From contig JASGJH010000001.1 in NCBI GenBank assembly GCA_047601445.1, positions 4,928,001-4,992,000 on the forward strand: DNA of 64,000 nucleotides. Direction: 5' to 3'. The notes beneath the pieces are model-generated. The model searched no databases and was not told the DNA's origin. It worked only from the letters and a program-made list of their open reading frames with translations. This document shows positions 29,301-39,462 of the stretch, in pieces. Each line of letters starts with the position of its first letter. Positions within the stretch are counted from its first letter, which is position 1. Both the position numbers and the translations under genes were made by a program. The DNA comes from Myxococcales bacterium (GTDB lineage: Bacteria; Myxococcota_A; Polyangia; Polyangiales; DASUME01).

Positions 29301-29906
29301 GAACGCCAGGCGTCCGGTGCGGCCGTAGGAGTAGATGCCGGGCGAGCTGGCCACAGCATCCATGAAGGGGATGTCCTTGCTAAAACGGTCGAAGGCCACC
29401 AGGGTCTCGCCGCCCAGCGTGGTGCCCACGCCGTCGAAGGTCATCAAGCCGAACTTGATGCGCTGCGAGAAGGCGTCCACTACGCCGTCCGAATCCTGAT
29501 TCTGCAGGGTCACGAAGTCGCTGGCGGCGGTGGTGAAGTTGTAGTGCGGGATGTAGTAGCCGGAGTCGTACTTCTTGGCGTACTTGTTCTCGCTGCGCAG
29601 CTCCTTGCGACAGGTGAAGTCCTGGAAGGTGCCGGTCAGCGCCTCGAGGGTCACCGCCCAGCGATTCTTCTGCGTCGTGTCCTTGGTCGTGTCGCCCGTG
29701 CACTTGGGAAAGTCGTCGTCGGTGGTCGCCGTGGCCGGCCCGGGCATGCGCTCCATGGAGCCCGAGGTATCGACCAGCAGCATCACCACCGGCTTGGGCC
29801 GCCGCACGTCGATGGCCGCTCCCGATTGGGCGGATGCAACGCCGGCCGCGCTCAAGGCGGCGAATGCGGATACGGCGACGCTTCGTTGGAACCAACGCAT
29901 GACCAC
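26361..29906 (-). CDS. pilY1: PilY1/PilC type IV pilus tip adhesin with an N-terminal vWA domain
   Basis: Signal peptide; MIDAS residues DTSGS, GGTP and ITDG; PilY1 propeller motifs 'LADIYHSNP', 'VFVGTNDGVLHAF', 'EFWGFVPP', 'FDGTP' and 'FLWQF'. Last gene after four prepilins. Confidence 0.9.
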   Translation of the reverse strand: MVMRWFQRSVAVSAFAALSAAGVASAQSGAAIDVRRPKPVVMLLVDTSGSMERMPGPATATTDDDFPKCTGDTTKDTTQKNRWAVTLEALTGTFQDFTCRKELRSENKYAKKYDSGYYIPHYNFTTAASDFVTLQNQDSDGVVDAFSQRIKFGLMTFDGVGTTLGGETLVAFDRFSKDIPFMDAVASSPGIYSYGRTGRLAFPHCEAYGVNAGARGPGDHEGALIAVAEDGDDIVKVNQDVQSSLLAVRPFGGTPIAAMLDDLKYYLTNDDSVKSGGNDVFAECRERYAILITDGAPDALFRDNRFQCQTTNDADCACLSTGDLDNCSDHKCSCPYPTESELAAELKTSKLLKELLVVAFDVDENAKAILDEIAQKGGERPSIPASTPAELRKKLSSILGNVSHDAATRSTPQVVDNGLPPYAGAQQYEITAGFRIGDDENDPWEGLLYRQRFGCVGAPLAPEPLDLSEADGDFFHLKLDEQSKTSNGRTITTVVPKSATAARATILGGRFGELSTRYRTKSNENATNVYNVRASSGTFDTNRPAYDVSINTNQAEVAYDYTDVNFDKDSLASSLFGDADGNGVSGEGSDRDKIVRYVRADPTERKPALADIYHSNPVALPPLVSNSRFINTSDEQLNNYLRKLSLPAPTGLDKYGADGRPGVVFVGTNDGVLHAFNLDTWKDRSNTEVKAGVEFWGFVPPALFGKLASAAAPTHQEMFDGTPQVRNMLLSRDATTRQGTYATVLVSALRGAPAYVALDITEADKPPKFLWQFSSAAMGLTVATPALAQARILWDNESTARERAIAILPGGQGHQPSSGTCTTTTLVADKTLAKFPAGKRAKVRCWEQRGRGLYIVDVATGQLIQEFDAQHFPSPLTGSVAVDGDGLDVSRAAYFTDQDGVLWRLSMADPNPSKWLVEPLWDLFHDPLNTLTGYDKGRPSIHPPLLSRDASGHYVIMVGTGDIDNLVEKPNAADPVRQRLVSLLETRELDTSNGQIFKGTVDANWDVQLEPGESVTGPLSLFNKVLYFGSFVSPQTGNACDFGFSRLWGIHYMDTKTKTPEGKNVPSSGPEPMFVNGEDADHKPIYVSYINKDFDDSLILGVSVASDPVCVAGLSDNQYSPFAIKKSAAADSQITGGQYQIRAMISGKGGTRADNSLLNQYTQSLSIPAEARFVGWGGSLE

Positions 29907-30617
29907 CTACCTCAGGTCGAAATATGCGCGCGAGATGCCGAGGCTCTCGTGCAGTTGACGCGCCTCACCGGTGCGCCCGGTGTCGCCCGGCAAGAGCAGG
30001 CGGGAATAGGCCGTGGCACAGACGCGGAAATTCCTCAGCCCACTCTGCATGCCGGCATTGACGCCCATGCCTTGCCCCGCGTCGGCGGGCATGTCGTAGC
30101 GTTCGAGCAGGGCGATGCCGTCGAACTCGAAGGGCGTCACGGTGCCGGAGTTGATCTCGGCGTCCTTGGGCAAGGTCGCCTTGCCGAGCGGGAAGCTGGC
30201 GCCGCCGAACTCGTTGCGGCCTACCTGCATCAAGGAGGTATCGCTCACGTACTCGGGCAAGTTGTAGCGCCGACGCAGGTTCTCGTTCGGGTCGCTCGTG
30301 GTGGCTGCAGCCATCCAGCGCGTGTCCGCGATGGACACGGTCCCTTTGCCGCCCACGAAGCGCTCCGCAAGGAAGGCTCCCACCACCACCAGGAACGACT
30401 CGCCCGAACGGCGCAGCCGGGACAGCTGACGCGTGCCACCCACGGAGCGCACCTCGAAGGTGCCGTTCTGGGCCGCAAACCCGGCCAGGCCCGACATCAT
30501 CATGACCACCACCAACACCAGGAGCAGCACGGCACCCTCCTGGCCTCGCGCCCGCGCGCGGCGACGAGCGCTGCGCGCGTGGGGCACTGAGGTCTGCGTT
30601 GACTTGGGCTGCCGCAT
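29907..30617 (-). CDS. pilX: PilX-like minor pilin
   Basis: Basic leader followed by 'QEG|AVLLLVLVVVMMMSGLA', lacking Glu5 as PilX/GspK do. Lies immediately before pilY1. Confidence 0.7.
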   Translation of the reverse strand: MRQPKSTQTSVPHARSARRRARARGQEGAVLLLVLVVVMMMSGLAGFAAQNGTFEVRSVGGTRQLSRLRRSGESFLVVVGAFLAERFVGGKGTVSIADTRWMAAATTSDPNENLRRRYNLPEYVSDTSLMQVGRNEFGGASFPLGKATLPKDAEINSGTVTPFEFDGIALLERYDMPADAGQGMGVNAGMQSGLRNFRVCATAYSRLLLPGDTGRTGEARQLHESLGISRAYFDLR

Positions 30618-31786
30618 CACTCGACCCCCATATTGGGCAAGAAGAACTCCTGACGCAGCGTGCGCACACGGGCGTAGACCGTCTTGCCAGCAATCGACAC
30701 AGGAAAGACCAGCAGCGGGCCTGCGCGCGGCGGCGGATCGACGATGGTCGCGTCCACGTCCTCGGAGCGTCCCGACAGCGTGACGCGCAGTCCGCGTGGC
30801 ACGAGGTTCGCCGAACCGTAGGCGGCATGGGCGATGGGCGGCGTCTGGGTCGCCCAGCTGCTCGCCGTGAGCCCCGGCACGATGGGACTCACCTCGAACT
30901 CCACGGCGTAGTCGAGCACCACACGTGCAGAGCGCTCCAAGAAACTGCCATTCACGTAGTCGAACTCCCTGCGCACCAGGGCCGCCTTGGAGGCCGAGCC
31001 CGGACGCGCGGAGTTGGTGGCGATAATGCGCGCGAAGTCGGCGCCGGTCAGGACCTCGACGTTGTAGCGAACGAAGGACAATGGGGTGACCAGCGCGGTA
31101 GTGCGGTTGAAGCACGCATCGGTGACCGGTGCGTCGAGGGTAATCGAACCCGCGGCAGAGTCGGCCGCCGCCACCTGCCGAAAGAACTTGTGTTGATTGG
31201 AGTCGATGCGAACGATGCGGCCCACACGGAACACTTCGTTGAAGTGCGCCGCGTTGAAGTCGTTCAGGCCGCTCACGAAGCTGCGACGGAAGCTCTCGCG
31301 GTTGGCCTCGAAGAACAGCGTCGAGGACGTGCTGTCGGGCGTGATCTTGTACACGTCACCGTCGTCGTAGTTGCCGAACATGCGCAGACCGTCGACCCGC
31401 GTGTCGGGCAACAGGGTGCGCAGTGGCGTGGCGCTCGCGGGACTGAGCGTATGGCTCTCGTTGTAGGCCACGCTGGCTCCGCGCAGCACGGGCAACAGCG
31501 TGCCGTTCGCGAGCGCAGTCGGCTCCCCGAGGCAGTTCTGCTCCAGCGAAGCCTCGGGGGTCGAGAGGAAGCCGGCGCGGGTCACGTCCCTGCGCAGCTG
31601 GTCCATGGCTGAGCGCAGCGAGCTCTGAGTCGCCGTGGTGCGCATCTGGTTGTTGAAGCTCTTGGAGGAGGCGCTGCCCAGGTAGTAGGCCGCCGTCACG
31701 GTGATGCCGCCCGCGAGCACGGCGATCATGAGCTCCACCAGCGTGAAGCCACCGCGCTTGCTGCGAGTGCGCTCGGAAGCTCTCAT
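30617..31786 (-). CDS. pilW: PilW-like minor pilin
   Basis: Type IV prepilin cleavage motif 'KRGG|FTLVELMIAV' and 'AMDQLRRDVTRAGF'. ATGA-coupled to the upstream gene. Confidence 0.75.
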   Translation of the reverse strand: MRASERTRSKRGGFTLVELMIAVLAGGITVTAAYYLGSASSKSFNNQMRTTATQSSLRSAMDQLRRDVTRAGFLSTPEASLEQNCLGEPTALANGTLLPVLRGASVAYNESHTLSPASATPLRTLLPDTRVDGLRMFGNYDDGDVYKITPDSTSSTLFFEANRESFRRSFVSGLNDFNAAHFNEVFRVGRIVRIDSNQHKFFRQVAAADSAAGSITLDAPVTDACFNRTTALVTPLSFVRYNVEVLTGADFARIIATNSARPGSASKAALVRREFDYVNGSFLERSARVVLDYAVEFEVSPIVPGLTASSWATQTPPIAHAAYGSANLVPRGLRVTLSGRSEDVDATIVDPPPRAGPLLVFPVSIAGKTVYARVRTLRQEFFLPNMGVE

Positions 31787-32382
31787 TGCCATCGCACCAC
31801 GACCGAGTTGACGACCTTGAAGACCTGGTCCGACTCGAGCAGCCCCGGATTGGCGTTGCAGTTGGTGCCCCCGTTGAGGGTGAGTGCGCTGACGGCGGTG
31901 CCACCCGGGCGCGGGCGCCAGACCATCACGTCCACACGCAGGGCGTCTTCCACCAAGCCCCCCGACAGCGTGGACAAGTGGGCCACCTGGTAGCGGAGCA
32001 GCGTGCAGTAGCGCACGTCCGGACCATCGACTTTGTCCCAGCCCCACGTGTCGGCGCCAGCGAAGTTCTGGAATCCACCGTCGTCGGTGACCGGCGGCGG
32101 TTTGATCCACTGGCCCGGTAGGGCCAAACCCGCCTTGAGGTACGTGGTGTTCGCCGTGTTCACGAGTCCGGCCTCGGTCCAGCGCGAGTTGTCGCGGCGC
32201 ACTCGCTCGATCCAGGTCTCGAGCACCTGCAGCGCCACCGTGTGCTCCTGCGCGTTCTGTACGGAGCGGATGGAGGCGCCCTGGAGGAACGTGAACCCCG
32301 TGGCCCCCACCACCAAGACGGACACTGCGAGCATGACCTCGACCAGCGTGTAACCCGCGCGTTGTCTGCGTGCGCGCCTCAT
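31783..32382 (-). CDS. pilV: PilV-like minor pilin
   Basis: 'RAG|YTLVEVMLAVSVL' prepilin motif; position in the cluster. Confidence 0.7.
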   Translation of the reverse strand: MRRARRQRAGYTLVEVMLAVSVLVVGATGFTFLQGASIRSVQNAQEHTVALQVLETWIERVRRDNSRWTEAGLVNTANTTYLKAGLALPGQWIKPPPVTDDGGFQNFAGADTWGWDKVDGPDVRYCTLLRYQVAHLSTLSGGLVEDALRVDVMVWRPRPGGTAVSALTLNGGTNCNANPGLLESDQVFKVVNSVVVRWQ

Positions 32383-33062
32383 CGGAACACCTTCGCCATT
32401 CCGTTGAGCGGCACGAGCACCTGGCGCGCGACGAAGTCAGGGCTCGGATCGCTTTCGCCGGGCCGCACGACGTCGATCTGGAACATGAAGCCCCCTCCGA
32501 GGGACACGCCGCCTGCGGTCTTGCCGTCGGACGTCATCGCCCCACCGCCGATGGATTGGTAGACGGTGCCGTTGGGCGAGAAGCACACCAGGCGCACATC
32601 CTTGGATTGCGTGTCCGGTCCGGGCGGCGTGGTGCCGTCGGGCAGCAGTTCGCGCAGCCGAAACGTTGGTCCACCTGGCAGCGACCAGGGCTGCTCGACG
32701 AGCGACATGGTGGTGCATTCCGTACCGAGCTGCCCGAACAGGCTGGCGTTGGCGCACTGGACGTTGAGCGCTTCCCAGTTGGCAGCCAGGCAGCTGTTGT
32801 TGGCTGCGTGGAGCACCCGGACGGTGCCGTTGGCAGGGTCGAAGCGCACCGTGTGGGCAACCCGGAGCACACTGGCGCTCAGCTTCGCGTCACGCACCAG
32901 GCTGGTGATCTGGCGCGCGGCGGCCGCGCCGCGCTGCTCCAGCACCGTTCGCCTTACACTGACGCCAAAGGCCCCGGCCAGGATCGCGATGATCATCACG
33001 ATGATCATCAGCTCCACCAGGGTCACTCCCTGCTTGGCTCGACTTCGGCGCTGGGCGGACAT
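32379..33062 (-). CDS. fimU: FimU/FimT-like minor pilin
   Basis: 'KQG|VTLVELMIIVMIIAILA', 'AAARQITSLVRDAK' and 'CFSPNG', a GspH/FimT-like pattern. Confidence 0.7.
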   Translation of the reverse strand: MSAQRRSRAKQGVTLVELMIIVMIIAILAGAFGVSVRRTVLEQRGAAAARQITSLVRDAKLSASVLRVAHTVRFDPANGTVRVLHAANNSCLAANWEALNVQCANASLFGQLGTECTTMSLVEQPWSLPGGPTFRLRELLPDGTTPPGPDTQSKDVRLVCFSPNGTVYQSIGGGAMTSDGKTAGGVSLGGGFMFQIDVVRPGESDPSPDFVARQVLVPLNGMAKVFR

Positions 33063-33078
33063 GTGCGATTGCGGCCGA

Positions 33079-33094
33079 TGCAATGCCCGTACCT
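33079..33094 (-). promoter_or_regulatory. Candidate sigma54 (-24/-12) promoter of the minor pilin operon
   Basis: Minus strand AGGTACG-GGCA-TTGCA matches TGGCACG-N4-TTGCW with correct GG/GC spacing, just upstream of fimU. Confidence 0.35.
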
Positions 33095-33218
33095 CTCGGA
33101 TCAAACTCGACAATCCAGAGAAATTGCCAGCAGATCGACCAGGGCCTCAAGTTCTCGGCTCCGCACAGGATGCGGGAGTATGAAAAAGTTGCGGCGCCGC
33201 TTTGCGACCCTCGCTGGC

Positions 33219-33247
33219 TTGACAGACGGCCCAGGAGCAGATATCCC
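33219..33247 (+). promoter_or_regulatory. Sigma70-type promoter of tRNA-Leu
   Basis: TTGACA, a 17-bp spacer, then TATCCC, about 25 bp upstream of the tRNA. Confidence 0.65.
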
Positions 33248-33271
33248 ACTCGCCCTTTTCGAAGGGTACCG

Positions 33272-33356
<85 letters not shown>

Positions 33357-33379
33357 CAACGGCAACAAACCTGACCTTG

Positions 33380-33417
33380 ACCCCTCGGGCTAATACCCCG
33401 AGGGGTTTCGTGTTTTT
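33380..33417 (+). terminator. Intrinsic terminator after tRNA-Leu
   Basis: Stem ACCCCTCGGG/CCCGAGGGGT followed by TTCGTGTTTTT. Confidence 0.8.
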
Positions 33418-33430
33418 GGGGGAGAAGAAC

Positions 33431-33842
33431 CCGGAAACCGGAGACCAAGGGCAGTGGCCGGAGAGCGTGGCTGTGGCCGGAGACCGCGGCCGGAGACCGA
33501 GGCTGTGGCGGTTGACCGTGTGGGTGCCCGGAGACTGTGGCCGTGGGTCGTAGTCGTCCCCGGCGACCGCGACGTCGATCCCGTCGCCACAACGACCGTC
33601 AAGTCACCTTCCGGGTTTACACAACCAACGCGCGCAGAGGCAGCCAAGACGAAGACACGCCCCTGCCATCGGACTCGGTTCCGACTACGGTCTTCCGCCA
33701 CCCACACGGTTCCGGCCACCAACACGACCACGGTCTCCGGCCACCAACACGGTTCCGGCCACGGCCCCCGCCACGGTGACCGCCACCGCCGAGGCCACGG
33801 CCCCCGCCGCCGCTACGGTGACCGCCACCGCCACCGTGACCC
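33431..33842. repeat. Intergenic imperfect palindrome built from GTGGCCGGAGACC-type short repeats
   Basis: The left arm repeats GTGGCCGGAGAC and the right arm repeats CACGGTCTCCGGCCAC. ACCGTGTGGGTG (33515-33526) is the exact inverse of CACCCACACGGT (33699-33710). Confidence 0.75.
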
Positions 33843-33866
33843 CCTCCCTCGTGCCATTCTTCCTTC

Positions 33867-34256
33867 ATGTCAAACGACACCCACAGCCTGACCGTCGGCT
33901 ACCTGTTGTGGATCTTTGGCGTCACGGGGGCGCATCGCTTCTACTTCGGCAAGCCCGTGTCCGGCACCATCTGGTTCCTCACTCTGGGACTCTGCGGCGT
34001 CGGCTGGCTGCTCGATTTGTTCTTGATGCCTGGTCTCGAACGCAGCGCCGAGGCTCGCTACGCGCGCGGTCCCTTCGACTACACGCTCGCCTGGATCCTG
34101 CTCACGTTCTTCGGCCTTTTCGGCGTGCATCGCTTCTATCTGGGCAAGTGGCCGAGCGGTCTGCTCTATCTGCTGACGTTCGGTTTGCTGGGGATCGGTT
34201 ACCTATTCGACTACTGGACGCTCAACACCCAGGTCGACACCCGCAACCGCGCTTGA
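33867..34256 (+). CDS. TM2-domain (NINE) membrane protein with two TM2 repeats
   Basis: 'GVTGAHRFYFGK' and 'GLFGVHRFYLGK' repeats. Confidence 0.9.
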   Translation: MSNDTHSLTVGYLLWIFGVTGAHRFYFGKPVSGTIWFLTLGLCGVGWLLDLFLMPGLERSAEARYARGPFDYTLAWILLTFFGLFGVHRFYLGKWPSGLLYLLTFGLLGIGYLFDYWTLNTQVDTRNRA

Positions 34257-34484
34257 TGCCTCGCTGAGGCGGTCTTGCCGTGTGCGTCGGCGAGGTGCGG
34301 CGCTGCTGTAGAACGGCTGTGGGCCAGCCCTCCAACTCGCGAGCGCCGACGCGCGAAACCCAAGTGCGTGCGGTCCCGGGCGACTACGTGCTGCGTGTGG
34401 CCCATGGCTTGCTCGCTGGCGCTCGTCGGCAGCGCCACGCGAGCGCCTCGCTCCAGAGCCGCTGCTGCAAATGGGGGGTTGTCC

Positions 34485-35525
34485 GTGAGGCAGTCATTTC
34501 CGAGAGCCGCAGTGTCGGCGACATCAGAGTCGCCTTTCACCTCCGTCCTACTCTTGGTGTTGAGCTACGGGCTCGTGCTCGGGGCTCCGCTGGCTTTGCG
34601 CGGGCTGCGCGCCGCACCGTCCGCCGCCACGGACTTCGTCGACCTCCAGCCCTGGATGCTCTCGGTGGCGGCCGCGGGGCTCGGGCTCGCAGGCGCCGCG
34701 CTGATGGTGTTGGTGATGCTCAAGGTAGTGCGCGGCATGGAGCACCATCCCTACCCGGCCGTGGCGTCGGCGCTCGCGGTGTTGCTCGGCGTAATGATGC
34801 TGGGACTGGGTGCCGAGCTACGGGCCGGTTCGCTCGACGCCAGCGCGGTGTGCTTCCTGTGCCTTGTAACCAGCGTGTTGGGCGGGGGCCTCACGCAACG
34901 AGGGCACGGCTGGACGGCCCTGCTCGGCATCGTGGTGGCCACCTTGCCCGGCGAGCTCGTCTTGCTCTCGCTGTGGTCCCAGGCGGGGTTCCCGAGCAAC
35001 CCGCTCTCGCTCCTCTCCGAGCTCAGCTCGGCCGACCGCACCTTCCTGGCTCTGCTCACCGCCTCTGGTGTGCTGCTTTCCATCGTGGCCGTGGTGACGC
35101 GCACGCTCGTGCCCGCCGGCACGTCGGAGCTCGAGGAGCAGTCGAACCTGCGCGAGCGCTTGTACGCCGAGTGGATCCTGGAAGACCCCGACCTGGTCTA
35201 CGACGCACCCGAGCAGCCGAGCGACGTACCCGAGCAGCCGAGCGACGTACCCGAGCAGCCGAACGACAGCGCGAGCTCCAAGTCCCGCGAACGTCTGGCG
35301 CGCGCCATGTCGCTCGCCATCGCCGACCTCAGCCGCGGCGACGGTCCACCCGCGCTGCCGCGCGAGCACGACTCGGCCTGGAATTTCCAGGACACCGAAG
35401 TCGAGGTGCTCCCCTACGAAGAAGAGGCGGTCATTCGGCCGCGGTCTCAGGTCCTGGTGCTCGGCTCCCTGGTGGTGGTACTGACCGTGGTCGTGGCCAC
35501 GGGCTGGGTGCTCGCCCGCAGCTGA
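34485..35525 (+). CDS. Hypothetical multi-pass membrane protein with an acidic linker and C-terminal TM anchor
   Basis: Several hydrophobic helices, an acidic Pro-rich segment and a C-terminal TM helix. Start uncertain. Confidence 0.55.
   Translation: MRQSFPRAAVSATSESPFTSVLLLVLSYGLVLGAPLALRGLRAAPSAATDFVDLQPWMLSVAAAGLGLAGAALMVLVMLKVVRGMEHHPYPAVASALAVLLGVMMLGLGAELRAGSLDASAVCFLCLVTSVLGGGLTQRGHGWTALLGIVVATLPGELVLLSLWSQAGFPSNPLSLLSELSSADRTFLALLTASGVLLSIVAVVTRTLVPAGTSELEEQSNLRERLYAEWILEDPDLVYDAPEQPSDVPEQPSDVPEQPNDSASSKSRERLARAMSLAIADLSRGDGPPALPREHDSAWNFQDTEVEVLPYEEEAVIRPRSQVLVLGSLVVVLTVVVATGWVLARS
35201..35267 (+). repeat. In-frame 21-bp tandem repeat x3 (DVPEQPS)
   Basis: CGACG(C/T)ACCCGAGCAGCCGA(G/A) at 35201, 35222 and 35243. 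Confidence 0.9.
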
Positions 35526-35578
35526 ACCCGGGTAGCGCGCCGCCGCGGCAGGCAAGCCTGTCAGCCCTCGCGCCACCC

Positions 35579-35619
35579 AAAGCAAAAGGCCGGCCTCGGA
35601 AGCTCCGAGTGCCGGCCTT
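35579..35619 (-). terminator. Intrinsic terminator downstream of groEL
   Basis: Hairpin AAGGCCGGC-CTCGGA/TCCGAG-T-GCCGGCCTT followed on the minus strand by a T-rich tract. Confidence 0.7.
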
Positions 35620-35658
35620 GGCGCATTCGAGGAGCACGCGTTCACGCGCTCCAGGGGC

Positions 35659-37323
<1,665 letters not shown>

Positions 37324-37734
37324 CAGAACTCTCCTCAGTAGTCGGTCGAACGCGGCGCGATCCGTTGTCGCACCGCATGCGGCGCGAGCAGTTGTCCCAG
37401 GCGCCGCAAGCGATCGTCACCGCGCGTAGGCGCGAGCAACGAAACGAGGCCCCACTGGTAGCCACTTCTGTGCCTGCGTCAACCGGGGTAGGCCCAGAAA
37501 ACAGCGCGTCTGGACGTGGTTGCCCGCAGGTCCCGGGCCTGCGCCGCACAGGTCCGAACATCCCTGAACGACGTCCGCCCCCGCGCAACAGGGCTGCAAA
37601 GTTCCGAGTTTTCTGAATTTTTCTGGGCTCAAGTGCCGAAAAACCCCTGAGAAATCCCATTTACCCACATCAATTTCGCACTTTTACGCGCGTTTGGCCT
37701 GACCTGGTTCGAACCCAGCGGGGTACCAAGCCAC

Positions 37735-39462
37735 GTGGCTCATCCAAGCTCTCCTCGGCTTTCGGCCCACTCCTGCCTGCTCGCCCTGGTCATGGCTGCC
37801 GGGTCCGCCTGTAGCGGCTCGGTCGGGTCCCCCCTTGGACCCGGCCAGCCCGGCGACTTCGGCCAGGGCGCGGCCCAGGGCGGCAGCTTCATCAACGGTG
37901 GCGTCGACCAGGCGCTGTGCGCCAAGGACCCGCCCAAGCCCGCGGCTAGCCCCAACTTGGTGCGACTCACGCACCGCCAGTACGACAACACCATTCGCGA
38001 CCTGATGGGCATCGAGTCCGGGGTATTGACCGAGTTCCTGGCGGACCAGGTGTTCTACGGCTTCGACAACAACGCCCAGAACCTCTCGGTCCCCTACAAC
38101 CAGACCCTGCGCTACCGAACCGCGGCCGAGCGCATCGCTCAGCAGGCAGCCGGCGACCTCTCCAGGTTCGCCAGCAGCGCCCCGTGCGTGAGCAAGACCC
38201 AGGACACGGCCTGCCGCGACGTGTGGCTCTCGGGCTTCCTCAAGCGCCTCTTCCGGCGCCCGCTCGAGAACGCCGAGCTCACCCGCTATCAGGGCGTGTT
38301 CCAGCAGGGTGCGAGCCTCTACGAAGACGGTTCGTCGTTTCAGCGCGGCGTGCGCCTGGTGTTGGAGGTGGCACTGCAATCGCCCAGCTTCCTGTATCGA
38401 GCGGAGGTGCGGGAGCCGCAGGAGAAGGACGGCATGATCCCCCTCAGCGGCCACGAGGTCGCCGCGCGTCTCTCGTTCCTGCTCTGGTCCTCGGTGCCCG
38501 ATGATGCGCTGCTCGCCAAGGCCGACGCCGATCAGCTCACGAGCGATGCGCAGGTCGAGGCCGAGGTGCGGCGCATGCTCGACGATCCCAAGGCCCAGCG
38601 CACGTTCGAGGACTTCCACGCGCAGTGGCTGGAGCTCGACAAGCTGCGGTTCGACAAGGATCCGTTGACCTTCCCTAGCTACAACCGCGATGCGTTCCAG
38701 AGCGCCGCGCGCGCCGAGACCATGGCTTTCGTGAAATACGTCGGCCTCGAGTCGGGCGGCAGCCTGGCGGACCTTTTCACGAGCCCCGAGACCTTCGTCA
38801 ACGCCACCACGGCCAGCGTGTACGGCGTGAGCGCGAGCGGCAACGGCATGACCAAAGTGGAGCTCGATCCCAGCCAACGCGCGGGCTTGCTCACGCAGAC
38901 CAACTTCCTCGCCGGCCACGCGGACGCCCTCAACGGCTCGCCTATCCATCGCGGAGCCTTCATTCAGAAGCGCCTGTTGTGCAGGGTCTACGGCTCGTTG
39001 CCCGCCAACGTGGGCACCCTACCCGACCGCGGCGGAGACATCGTCACCACGCGCGATCAAGTGGAAGCCAAGACGGCGCCGCCGCAGTGCCAGGCCTGCC
39101 ACTCCACCATCAACCCCGCGGGCTTCGCCTTCGAGGGCTTCGATACGCTCGGTCAGGCGCGCACCATGGATCACGGCGAAGCGGTGAACACCACGGGGAC
39201 GCTGACCATCGACGGCAAGGACGTGAGCTTCGCCAACGCGGTGGAGTTCGCCGACGCGCTGGCCGCGAGCGACACGGCGCGGCGCTGCTACGAGACCCAG
39301 TGGTTCCGCTACGCCATGGGACGCGTGGAGAGCGACCAGGACGATTGCGCGCTCTCGGGCATCGACACCCGCATGCGCGACAAGGGCGAGGCCATCAAGG
39401 AGATATTGGTGGCGCTCTCACTGTCGCGCGGCTTCCGTTTCAGGACTCAGGAGGATATGTGA
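37735..39462 (+). CDS. DUF1592/DUF1588/DUF1587/DUF1595-type lipoprotein with a CxxCH motif
   Basis: Lipobox-like 'GSAC', 'RLTHRQYDNTIRDL', 'LQSPSFLYRAE', 'ARLSFLLWSSVPD', 'RAGLLTQ', 'SPIHRG', 'CQACH' and 'GFAFEGFD'. GTG start. Confidence 0.88.
   Translation: MAHPSSPRLSAHSCLLALVMAAGSACSGSVGSPLGPGQPGDFGQGAAQGGSFINGGVDQALCAKDPPKPAASPNLVRLTHRQYDNTIRDLMGIESGVLTEFLADQVFYGFDNNAQNLSVPYNQTLRYRTAAERIAQQAAGDLSRFASSAPCVSKTQDTACRDVWLSGFLKRLFRRPLENAELTRYQGVFQQGASLYEDGSSFQRGVRLVLEVALQSPSFLYRAEVREPQEKDGMIPLSGHEVAARLSFLLWSSVPDDALLAKADADQLTSDAQVEAEVRRMLDDPKAQRTFEDFHAQWLELDKLRFDKDPLTFPSYNRDAFQSAARAETMAFVKYVGLESGGSLADLFTSPETFVNATTASVYGVSASGNGMTKVELDPSQRAGLLTQTNFLAGHADALNGSPIHRGAFIQKRLLCRVYGSLPANVGTLPDRGGDIVTTRDQVEAKTAPPQCQACHSTINPAGFAFEGFDTLGQARTMDHGEAVNTTGTLTIDGKDVSFANAVEFADALAASDTARRCYETQWFRYAMGRVESDQDDCALSGIDTRMRDKGEAIKEILVALSLSRGFRFRTQEDM

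Noticed and set aside
27762..30590. 942-aa plus-strand ORF, and similar ones at 8874-10301, 17162-19033, 19468-20889, 35947-37341 and 55674-57143
   Set aside because: These are antisense shadows of real genes, expected from high-GC codon bias, and show no recognisable motifs.
33390..33891. ORFs translating as ATATVT/HGHG-type repeats, also the N-terminal extension of 51121..52323
   Set aside because: They are translations of the intergenic hexamer repeats and have no RBS or domain signal.
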